Of a stretch of 32,202 bases of DNA, positions 19,999-27,388 are shown piece by piece (the first letter of the stretch is position 1; the number at the start of each line of letters is the position of its first letter). The notes under the pieces are model-generated. The model was not told the origin of the DNA. It made no database searches and was given only the letters and a program-made list of their open reading frames with translations. This DNA is from a virus. Taxonomy: Duplodnaviria; Caudoviricetes. Both the position numbers and the translations under genes were made by a program. The stretch covers positions 1 through 32,202 of IMG/VR virus record IMGVR_UViG_3300031996_000191; one strand, given 5' to 3'.

Positions 19999-20355
19999 AT
20001 GAGTTCTTTGAACTGTGACACTTTCGTTCCCAATCATATCAGTTCGGCCGTAAATGACGGTGACACGCTCACCGGCGCAGATGTTACGCTTAATGGCGCG
20101 ATGGCGATAAGTATCCAATGTACGTGCACGGACGGCGCATCGGGTACCCTGTACGTTGACGGCACGAATCAGAAACAAGCGGTCGCTTACTATATAACGG
20201 TGTCGAATCTTCCTGTGGGCGCAGATCAGACCATCTTGGCCACTAGCAGCCTAGGGGACGATCTTACCTCGATGCACGTCATGCGATGTAGGTTTGTGGC
20301 GTCCAGCGCCGGACACGTCCAGGTCTCAATAAACGTACGTCTTACCACGAATTAG
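19999..20355 (+). CDS. Small beta-rich hypothetical (probable virion) protein
   Basis: ATG at 19999 after AAGGAG. Confidence 0.7.
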   Translation: MSSLNCDTFVPNHISSAVNDGDTLTGADVTLNGAMAISIQCTCTDGASGTLYVDGTNQKQAVAYYITVSNLPVGADQTILATSSLGDDLTSMHVMRCRFVASSAGHVQVSINVRLTTN

Positions 20356-20386
20356 TTGCGGGCTCAGCAATAGCGGGCACACTTAG

Positions 20387-20415
20387 AGAAACGGGGTCAC
20401 ACAGGCCCCCTTTCT
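20387..20415 (+). terminator. Possible terminator hairpin
   Basis: GGGGTC-ACACA-GGCCCC followed by CTTTCTT. Confidence 0.45.
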
Positions 20416-20430
20416 TAAATAGGATTTTGT

Positions 20431-20547
20431 GTGCTCAAGTTTTGGCTTTGGCTCAAAAGTTTCTTTGTTAGTGCGCAACCCGTTTTGGCCGGCGTGGCAA
20501 ATGTAGTCGAATGTGTCACGGAGGCTTCCAAATCGAACGCAAAGTAA
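20431..20547 (+). CDS. 38-aa hydrophobic ORF (holin-like peptide or frameshifted endolysin N-terminus)
   Basis: AGGA RBS plus GTG; MLKFWLWLKSFFVSAQPVLAGVANVVECVTEASKSNAK; not in the ORF track. Confidence 0.45.
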   Translation: MLKFWLWLKSFFVSAQPVLAGVANVVECVTEASKSNAK

Positions 20548-20957
20548 CAAACGGCATAGTCCTACATCGGGCTGAGGTTTGGACCGGGACGGACTATCAC
20601 TTCCTGATTATGAAGAACGGCGCCATTGTGCCGTTATTGCCGATGGAGGAAAAAGGAGCACACGCAGTAGAATATAATGGCACGACCGTAGCGATCGCCG
20701 TTTTCGGAGATTTTGCCGCGCTCGAGCCGGGACAAAATAATGCGCCGACCACGCAGCAATTGGCGAGTTGCGTGCTTTTGATGCAACTGATCAATGCTCG
20801 CTATGGTGGCAAGTTGTGGGCATGTGGGCACAGTCAGCTAGGTTTGAAGGGAACTACGGTTCCTCTCAAGCTTACTTACGGGCATACCTGTCCAGGCGAA
20901 AACTTCCCTCTTACGGATGTGATCGCTGAAAGCGGATTAATAGCGCTGTATAAATAG
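20511..20957 (+). CDS. Endolysin, N-acetylmuramoyl-L-alanine amidase (Amidase_2 / T7 lysozyme-like)
   Basis: IVLH, YHFLI..NG, GAH...N, GH and CPG zinc-amidase motifs. Confidence 0.9.
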   Translation: MCHGGFQIERKVTNGIVLHRAEVWTGTDYHFLIMKNGAIVPLLPMEEKGAHAVEYNGTTVAIAVFGDFAALEPGQNNAPTTQQLASCVLLMQLINARYGGKLWACGHSQLGLKGTTVPLKLTYGHTCPGENFPLTDVIAESGLIALYK

Positions 20958-20963
20958 GATGTG

Positions 20964-20988
20964 AAAAAGGGGCTCATGGCCCCTTTTT
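20964..20988. terminator. Bidirectional rho-independent terminator
   Basis: AAAAAGGGGC-TCATG-GCCCCTTTTT between convergent operons. Confidence 0.9.
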
Positions 20989-20993
20989 TATTT

Positions 20994-21347
20994 TCAATGG
21001 ATCAGCATGTCCAGTTGGGCATGGACGTCCTCTAGAAGCCGCTTCATAGTCGCCGGGTCTATATCCGGCTTTTCGCCCTCAACCTTGAGAACCCTCAGGG
21101 TAATGCCCCCAAGCTTCTTAATGGCTTCCTCCAGGGCAGCATAGGCTGTCTGTACCAAAGCCTGCGTCTCCGGGGGCAGAGCCGCCACAGAGGCATTAAG
21201 AACCGGTTGGCCCTGATCGAAGACGGAATCCGTAAAGTCTTCTAAAGCGACCGCTACAGGACCGTTCGGGTCTCCAATGGTACCGGGCGCCCCATTGTTG
21301 CCACAGGCAGCAAGAGAGGCAAAGCTGAGAAAAAGGATGGTCTTCAT
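20994..21347 (-). CDS. Lipoprotein of unknown function
   Basis: MKTILFLSFASLAA-C lipobox; GGAG RBS; ATGA overlap with the polymerase stop. Confidence 0.75.
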   Translation of the reverse strand: MKTILFLSFASLAACGNNGAPGTIGDPNGPVAVALEDFTDSVFDQGQPVLNASVAALPPETQALVQTAYAALEEAIKKLGGITLRVLKVEGEKPDIDPATMKRLLEDVHAQLDMLIH

Positions 21348-22687
21348 GTTTTCTCCGTCTGAAAGGGAAAGTCCTTCATGGTCCCCCAATTGTACCCCCA
21401 AGCGGGTTCGGCCACAAATCGCGCAGTTAGGCCGTAAATGTCAACGGGGCTTGTCATAGCGTCCACCAGCTTCTGCGCCGTTTCTTCCACCCATTCAGGC
21501 TTTGTCTGCATAACGAAGCAATCGTGCACTTGAGCCCGGATCTGCTCGCCCTGGTCCCATCGGCAGTTTTTATACAGTTCGATGATCGCCAGGTTCGCCA
21601 GGTCGCCGCCAGTAATTTGGCACTGAGAATTAAGAGCCTGATTATAACCGCGCATACTAGCAGGTAGGTACAAACGGCGGCCAAGCAAAGGAGTATCCAC
21701 AAAGCCCTTAGAATCGACATTTTCCTTCGTCCTCTTCTGCCAGCTAGGAAACTCCGAATGATGGTCGAAATAAGCTTTGCGCATACGTTTGCACATTGGC
21801 TCAGTTATGCCGGGGATAAACCCTTTCATAGTCTTATGGACTTGGGCTACATGGTCGCTGGCATTATATGCGAAACCGAAGGCCAGCTTGGAAACATTGC
21901 GATAAACTTTGTGCGTCTTCTTTGTGGCGTCTTTAGGTACAACCTTCTCCCCAAACATAACCCGGGCGTTATACATATGGAGATCGCCACCAGTCTCAAT
22001 TTGACGGACAAGGCGTTGAGCCCCTGCGATGTAGGTTTGCAGATACAATTCCAGCGCAGCCCAGTCTGCGTCCACAAGAATGAAACCCTCGTCCGGAATG
22101 AGGCAATCCTTCATACTCGCTGCAATAACCTCAGGGCCGTCACCGAAGTCGAACTTTGTCATTTTTGCCGGGAGTTGCTGAATGTTCGGGCCTGAGCAAG
22201 ACCAGCGCGAACCCTTCGTGCCTGTAACATTATAAGTAGGATGTATCCTGCCTCCGCTTGCAAGGTAGTCGTTGCAAAATCCGATGGTCTTACCGGCTTT
22301 GCGGAATCCGTATAAAGCAGCGGCGCTACGAACAATGCGTTCGTCTTCGAATTCGGAGGCATAAGCCAATAAGGCAGCGGCATCGAGCTTGGGCTTTTTA
22401 GTTTTGCGATCGACGGAGATAACCGGGCAGCCGAGCGTTTTCCAAAAGTATTCCTTAATTGAGACAAGTTGCCCGTCTTTCCCCAAATCTGAAATTCCCG
22501 AGAGGTCTTGAAATATGGATCCAAGTCTTCGTTGCCTTTCCTGTGCGGCGGCTTTGTGCTCTTTGAGCCGGTCCATGTCCACTTTCCAACCGGACTGCTG
22601 CATCCTCACAGCAATGCGGGATAGCTCCATATATTGATCGTACTGGCGTTTGCCGTGGGGGACGGGAAATTCCAGCTTCAGTTTCAT
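21344..22687 (-). CDS. polA: Family A DNA polymerase, polymerase domain only
   Basis: GRIHP, T..SRWS...PNIQQLP, motif A DWAALEL, motif B RNVSKLAFGFAY, motif C QVHD; no exonuclease domain. Confidence 0.92.
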   Translation of the reverse strand: MKLKLEFPVPHGKRQYDQYMELSRIAVRMQQSGWKVDMDRLKEHKAAAQERQRRLGSIFQDLSGISDLGKDGQLVSIKEYFWKTLGCPVISVDRKTKKPKLDAAALLAYASEFEDERIVRSAAALYGFRKAGKTIGFCNDYLASGGRIHPTYNVTGTKGSRWSCSGPNIQQLPAKMTKFDFGDGPEVIAASMKDCLIPDEGFILVDADWAALELYLQTYIAGAQRLVRQIETGGDLHMYNARVMFGEKVVPKDATKKTHKVYRNVSKLAFGFAYNASDHVAQVHKTMKGFIPGITEPMCKRMRKAYFDHHSEFPSWQKRTKENVDSKGFVDTPLLGRRLYLPASMRGYNQALNSQCQITGGDLANLAIIELYKNCRWDQGEQIRAQVHDCFVMQTKPEWVEETAQKLVDAMTSPVDIYGLTARFVAEPAWGYNWGTMKDFPFQTEKT

Positions 22688-22782
22688 TTAATCACCCTTA
22701 GCCCTATCCGGCACTTTTTGCACCAGCGCACGGTTTCGTAAGGAGTATCATCGACGACCACCCAATCGTGCTCACACTTCAT
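22684..22782 (-). CDS. 32-aa zinc-ribbon peptide
   Basis: MKCEHDWVVVDDTPYETVRWCKKCRIGLRVIK; overlaps both neighbours; not in the ORF track. Confidence 0.55.
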   Translation of the reverse strand: MKCEHDWVVVDDTPYETVRWCKKCRIGLRVIK

Positions 22783-22969
22783 TCGAGGGCCATTCCTTCA
22801 GATTGTAGTTGTCTATGATATAGTCGTGAGGCACGACCAAACCGCAAGATTCGCAAACCTCATGGTCTGTGAACTCGTCCGTACGGAATTGATGATCACA
22901 GGCAAACCGCTTGGAGATCACTACTCCTTTAGGACTAAAGTCGAACTCCAGCTGATCACTCTTTTTCAT
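22772..22969 (-). CDS. Small zinc-ribbon protein
   Basis: CDH...VCESCGLVV. Confidence 0.6.
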   Translation of the reverse strand: MKKSDQLEFDFSPKGVVISKRFACDHQFRTDEFTDHEVCESCGLVVPHDYIIDNYNLKEWPSNEV

Positions 22970-23051
22970 GCTTTTCCACCAACGTGAGGATTAGAAAGAC
23001 TAGATGATACAGAGCGAACCCGCCGGCAAAAACAATAACAAAGTTGTTCAT
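22956..23051 (-). CDS. 31-aa single-transmembrane peptide
   Basis: MNNFVIVFAGGFALYHLVFLILTLVEKHEKE; ATGA overlap with the exonuclease stop. Confidence 0.5.
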   Translation of the reverse strand: MNNFVIVFAGGFALYHLVFLILTLVEKHEKE

Positions 23052-24124
23052 CCGAGCTTCCCCTTTAGACTTTGATATAATTGGTAAGTTGCGTAAGAAT
23101 CCCGGCAGTTGTAGGTTCTCATGTCGATGGGGCATCCAAGCCACTTATCCTCGCCGGCGCCGACTTTCGGCGGCTTAAAGAAACATTTCCACGGTTCGAC
23201 GCAAAACTCCGTTGCACAGGCCATCTGTAAACCGTGGCGATACTGAGGATAAACGACTCTGTGCATGAGCAAGGTGTCGTGTGCGAAGTTTCCGACTGTA
23301 ATGTCCCGTTTGGCGAGCATGAACGTGTCGTAGGCTCCGTTATGGAAAATCTTCGGCTGATCGCTTTCAAGCAGATTAATAGCTGTTTCTTTAATGACTG
23401 GCCCAAGGGGGTATTCTGTGAGATCGGGCTCGATTTCTCCGAAAGATCCCGCGATGGGATATCGGTCCCAAGGGACGCTGACCGTCCCCTTTTCGTTGGA
23501 AAATCCGATCGCCGTAATAAGGGTTCCGGCAACGTTAGATTCGATATCGACCGCGACAGGGGCTGAAACATCGGATCGGATACGTCGCAGGATATCGAGG
23601 GCCGTTTCGTCAGGGGTGATGCAAGTGTCCGGCCAGGGCATGGGCTCGAGTTTTCCCCCTGCAACGGCGTGGGCCTGCTGAACCCACCTACAGAGGAGCC
23701 AATCATAAACATACTCATAATTCACCGGGTTGAGAATTGGGGCCCGATATAGGCCATCTTCCTTCCAGACCGTGCCCGCCCATTTATAGGGCGAGCCGCC
23801 ACGTCCGTACATATTCCAGGCGGAATGGGCCTGTCTTACTCCAGGTGTAGCGGGAGTCTGAACAAGGACGACCGCTCTAGTTTGATGCTCTTTTAGGGTT
23901 TTATCAATTTCAGCTTTTTGCTGACGGACCTCGGCCATAGTGAAGGGATCGGTGCCAACGTCACGAAGGGCGACACGTAGGGTTTTCTTCCACTCCCTCT
24001 TACCTAGCGCCCGATTGCCCAATCCCCAAACATCTAGCACACCGTCAAGTTCCTGACAGTTTTTGGTGCGGCTATCCACAATGACTGCCAAACCGTTGAC
24101 GCCCTCACCAGCGTGAAATGCCAT
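23048..24124 (-). CDS. PolA-type 3'-5' exonuclease with N-terminal degenerate uracil-DNA-glycosylase-like domain
   Basis: ExoI AVDIES, ExoII FHNGAYD, ExoIII YNCRD; N-domain EI...L...RAVVLV...PILNP; start at 24124 by TAATG overlap. Confidence 0.8.
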   Translation of the reverse strand: MAFHAGEGVNGLAVIVDSRTKNCQELDGVLDVWGLGNRALGKREWKKTLRVALRDVGTDPFTMAEVRQQKAEIDKTLKEHQTRAVVLVQTPATPGVRQAHSAWNMYGRGGSPYKWAGTVWKEDGLYRAPILNPVNYEYVYDWLLCRWVQQAHAVAGGKLEPMPWPDTCITPDETALDILRRIRSDVSAPVAVDIESNVAGTLITAIGFSNEKGTVSVPWDRYPIAGSFGEIEPDLTEYPLGPVIKETAINLLESDQPKIFHNGAYDTFMLAKRDITVGNFAHDTLLMHRVVYPQYRHGLQMACATEFCVEPWKCFFKPPKVGAGEDKWLGCPIDMRTYNCRDSYATYQLYQSLKGKLG

Positions 24125-24474
24125 TAAACTACATGCCTCCAGGTTTGGCCGCTCAAGACCTTTTTGACGCACTCCTCTTTTACTTTTAGGTGCGCGCCTA
24201 TCTCTTTGGCCGTAAAGCCCAAGGGACGGTAGAGTTCTCGGATCTGCCGCACTTTGCTAGGGGTGAGCAGAGCGTTGGTGATTTTAGAGTTGCCGCCCAT
24301 AACCTCGGCTCGGCGCCGGATGGCCTCTTCCTCCGAATTTTTGAACCTCTCCGAGTTAGCCCGCCTAGCCGCAAAAACACACTCCCGGTTGCAATACTTA
24401 CGGATAAAGAATTGTTTGACGCTTTCGCCACAATTCCGACTTAGTTCGGTTTTGCAATGAGCGCAAGTTCGCAT
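24124..24474 (-). CDS. Zinc-finger plus HTH DNA-binding protein (HNH-endonuclease-associated domains, no HNH core)
   Basis: CAHC...YCNREC; ALLT..KVRQIR...EIG..LKV....V..V..GQTWRHV; AAGGA RBS. Confidence 0.7.
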   Translation of the reverse strand: MRTCAHCKTELSRNCGESVKQFFIRKYCNRECVFAARRANSERFKNSEEEAIRRRAEVMGGNSKITNALLTPSKVRQIRELYRPLGFTAKEIGAHLKVKEECVKKVLSGQTWRHVV

Positions 24475-24537
24475 AGATATTCCTTGGAAGGTTGGGAAGG
24501 GGGCAGTTTGGAAACGTGCCCAGGTTTTAGGTTTAGT

Positions 24538-25167
24538 TTAGCTGCCCAAGGCTACTTTACGGTCGTAGCATACATCGCCCTCTTCAGGGGCCTTGGCACT
24601 TATACGGGAGATATTGACATACTTGCCGGACTTGTCCTCTTGCAGCGTGGCAAAGAAATGCCGGTCAATGAAGGGTTCTAGCACAGCGTCGTCGCCCTGC
24701 TCGATCCAGGTACGGGCGCAGTCCTTTGCCATCTCGCCCACCTTTTTGTTGGCCTCAACGATAGCGGGCTCGATCTCGTCTTTATCAAGCTGGCGCCCAT
24801 CTTTGAAGTAAAGCTTCCGGCCTGTGATCTCGTCCTTCTCCTGGCGATCATAGGGAGCAAACTCGGGAAACAGCGGGCGGATCTGATTGAGCCACATACC
24901 CTTGGCATAGGTAGGGCTGCTGTTTTCGCCCACGCTGACAGGCAATGCCAGGAAAATGCTCTTCCTAAACATAGACGTGCCTTCACCGTCCAGCGCATGA
25001 TTGTCGAGGATCACGGTCAAATGGCCCTGACCGTGCTGTTTGATCTTTGCGCCGGCAATCTTGAACTCATAGGTCAAACCGGGCTTACCGTCACGGCGCT
25101 GCGGCTTGTAGTCATCCTGCGAATAATCAAGGGTAAGGTCGTCAAGGGTAAAAGAAGTTGCGCTCAT
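24538..25167 (-). CDS. Putative ssDNA-binding protein
   Basis: Immediately downstream of the Sak4-like ATPase; PG..YEFKI..A.I N-terminal strand pattern; GGAG RBS. Confidence 0.55.
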   Translation of the reverse strand: MSATSFTLDDLTLDYSQDDYKPQRRDGKPGLTYEFKIAGAKIKQHGQGHLTVILDNHALDGEGTSMFRKSIFLALPVSVGENSSPTYAKGMWLNQIRPLFPEFAPYDRQEKDEITGRKLYFKDGRQLDKDEIEPAIVEANKKVGEMAKDCARTWIEQGDDAVLEPFIDRHFFATLQEDKSGKYVNISRISAKAPEEGDVCYDRKVALGS

Positions 25168-25177
25168 GTTTTCTCCG

Positions 25178-26065
25178 TTAGATTCCGTAAATGGTCTGAA
25201 TGTGGGGACGAAGGTAGGGGTCTTGATTTCCCTTCAAATCCCAGCGTCCACCAGCGGCGTAGTCCGCGCTCGGGCTAGATGTAAAAAGATACTTCAGTTC
25301 CTTAACACCAGCTCGAATTGTTTTTTCTTCTGCAAACGTCACTAACACTCCGTCTGTGAGACGCGCCCACCTTCCGGCAGCCTTGGGCCTCATGGCCGGA
25401 ATGAAGGCAGACGATACGCCAGCCACAGACATCGCTTCAACTTTGTCGTGCGTTTTTTCTGCGGCTTTCCGCATTTTTTCTGCTGCGGGTGTATTTCCCC
25501 CCTCCTCGCCAAAAGGCTGATTAACGTTGAGATGCACGAGACCAATGAAATTCATTCCCGTCTCGCGCAATTTGTCGAAGAGCATGTCGTGGGCATCATT
25601 GACCCGGCCATACGCTTTAATACGGTCCATGTCTTTTTCGTAGTCCGGGAGGATAACGATGTCACGCAGGAGCATTGATTCGAAAGCGGATAAAGTGTCG
25701 ACGACAATAGTCGTACAGCCATTTGCCTTGTATTGCTCCATTGCTCCGGGCAACCCCTTGATTGCAGGCGCAATGTCTCTGTACGTGAGGCCGGCCCCTG
25801 ACCAGTCCAAAAAGTTAGGTACACGGATGCCTCGCCTTTGTGCATATAGCAGGCAATTCTCTTCAAACCCGATCCATACAAGGTCATTGAGGTCTTTTGG
25901 CTTCTTTGCATCCCACTCCTTTTGTGGCGGGCAATCCTTGCTCGCGGTGAGGGCCAGGGTAGTTTTGCCCGTCTTGGGCGCTCCGTCAATTCGGATCGAA
26001 AAACGCGGCGGTTTCTCCGCAACCTTTTTCGGAGACAAAAGCTGTTCTAACATGCTCATTTCCAA
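25178..26065 (-). CDS. P-loop ATPase, Sak4/AAA_24-like recombination protein
   Basis: Walker A GAPKTGKT, Walker B IVVD; between nuclease and SSB-like genes. Confidence 0.75.
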   Translation of the reverse strand: MEMSMLEQLLSPKKVAEKPPRFSIRIDGAPKTGKTTLALTASKDCPPQKEWDAKKPKDLNDLVWIGFEENCLLYAQRRGIRVPNFLDWSGAGLTYRDIAPAIKGLPGAMEQYKANGCTTIVVDTLSAFESMLLRDIVILPDYEKDMDRIKAYGRVNDAHDMLFDKLRETGMNFIGLVHLNVNQPFGEEGGNTPAAEKMRKAAEKTHDKVEAMSVAGVSSAFIPAMRPKAAGRWARLTDGVLVTFAEEKTIRAGVKELKYLFTSSPSADYAAGGRWDLKGNQDPYLRPHIQTIYGI

Positions 26066-26244
26066 AAGCCTACTTTCTCTTTCGGTATCGGATCTAGGTC
26101 AACTTCTTCCACATCCCACACTCTGCCGTCAATCGAGCCACCACGGCTCGAAACGTAAGCTTCCAGCTTTTCGTGTGTCGAAAAGACAGAATGCGGAAAG
26201 GGCTCCCCTGTGATCATTTCCATCAACATCCAAACGGTTTTCAT
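26056..26244 (-). CDS. Small hypothetical protein
   Basis: MKTVWML start by TAATG overlap; VFST.EK pattern common in small phage proteins. Confidence 0.65.
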   Translation of the reverse strand: MKTVWMLMEMITGEPFPHSVFSTHEKLEAYVSSRGGSIDGRVWDVEEVDLDPIPKEKVGFWK

Positions 26245-27107
26245 TAATACCTTCCACAGAGCCCGCGGCTCAAAAAAGCACATTCTCGCCCACGGTCATA
26301 GCAAGCGAATGGGTTGGCCAGGTTCTCACGCAATTGCTTGTCCGCATTGATTAGGGCGGCTTTTACAATATGCGGGTCTTCGGCTCGAGGTCTTGCAAAA
26401 AACGTCTGTATAGACGATCCGTTCCGGCCTTCAGCCTCACGGCGCAAAACCTTGTGTTTGAGCAAAACGTCAAAGATCATACCCTGTATCGGCTCATTGA
26501 AGGCCAGAGAGAGCATGTGCATATAGGTGAGGCATTGCATCGAGGCGGTGTAGTTTGCCCTACCCCCCATCTCATCCTTACGTGCCCCTGCCGTTTTGTG
26601 ATCTATGATGTAGATGCCAGGCCCGTTTAGCTCTATCCCCCGGTCTTCCTCTACCCGTCGCACATCGTCCTTTGACATATTAGTGACGAGATCAATTGCG
26701 CCGGTAGCTTCTATGTCCCCTAGCCAATCACGGATCGTTTCCGCGTGATTTGGCGTAACCGGCATTTTTAGCTCGACAGCCACAACAGCGCCGAAATAGT
26801 CAGCAGGGAAATTGCTGCGATGAAAATCAAAAAGACGAACAGCTTCTCCCCATTCGAGATCCTGTATGGGTTCCATGCTGATCGCTGTATTTTCGGCAAC
26901 TTTGCCATTGTAGAAGCACTCCTTGAGAAAGTGATAATAAATGCCAGTATCGAGGGCTGTTGCGTCGCCTATGGTGTCAACGTTCGGATGCTCAGACATG
27001 AGCCTTCTTTTGCGCCCACACAATGCAGGCACAGTCCAGTAAGACATACCCCTTCCTGAGCCGCCTGTACGCTTTACCGTCTGATAGATCTGCAAAGGCT
27101 CACTCAC
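26244..27107 (-). CDS. Cas4/RecB-like PD-(D/E)xK exonuclease
   Basis: G...H, GAIDLV, IIDHKT, Q...Y; one N-terminal plus three C-terminal Cys (Fe-S staple pattern). Confidence 0.85.
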   Translation of the reverse strand: MSEPLQIYQTVKRTGGSGRGMSYWTVPALCGRKRRLMSEHPNVDTIGDATALDTGIYYHFLKECFYNGKVAENTAISMEPIQDLEWGEAVRLFDFHRSNFPADYFGAVVAVELKMPVTPNHAETIRDWLGDIEATGAIDLVTNMSKDDVRRVEEDRGIELNGPGIYIIDHKTAGARKDEMGGRANYTASMQCLTYMHMLSLAFNEPIQGMIFDVLLKHKVLRREAEGRNGSSIQTFFARPRAEDPHIVKAALINADKQLRENLANPFACYDRGRECAFLSRGLCGRY

Positions 27108-27234
27108 CCTGTTTTCTCCTTTCTTCCACCATGTCTCTAATGATCGAGGTTACACAGTCAAGGTCTTCTTTGGTGCCCTTCAAGCCCCAAAGGATTAAGG
27201 CGCGGCAAACGTATCCGAATTGCCATTCAGTCAT
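27100..27234 (-). CDS. 44-aa hypothetical protein
   Basis: MTEWQFGYV...; 8-nt overlaps with both neighbours. Confidence 0.5.
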   Translation of the reverse strand: MTEWQFGYVCRALILWGLKGTKEDLDCVTSIIRDMVEERRKQGE

Positions 27235-27388
27235 CGGCCGGCACTTCCGAGTCGGGATCGGTGAAATCCTCCCAATCCTCGTCATCGAAATCTATCCGGT
27301 CCTGTTCGCTGTCAGGCGGCGGAATATGAAACTTTTGAAAAGCACACGCACATACCTCGGGATCGCAACCGCAGACACATTTAATCAT
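27227..27388 (-). CDS. 53-aa Cys-rich, highly acidic peptide
   Basis: MIKCVCGCDPEVCACAFQKFHIPPPDSEQDRIDFDDEDWEDFTDPDSEVPADD; fills the gap with 8-nt overlaps; not in the ORF track. Confidence 0.55.
   Translation of the reverse strand: MIKCVCGCDPEVCACAFQKFHIPPPDSEQDRIDFDDEDWEDFTDPDSEVPADD

Noticed and set aside
22688-23047. Group I intron interrupting the polymerase
   Set aside because: The gap is fully tiled by coupled micro-ORFs and no intron core elements were recognised
26244-27107. Cas4-like gene as evidence of a CRISPR system
   Set aside because: No repeat-spacer array or other cas genes seen; standalone Cas4-like nucleases are common in phage recombination modules
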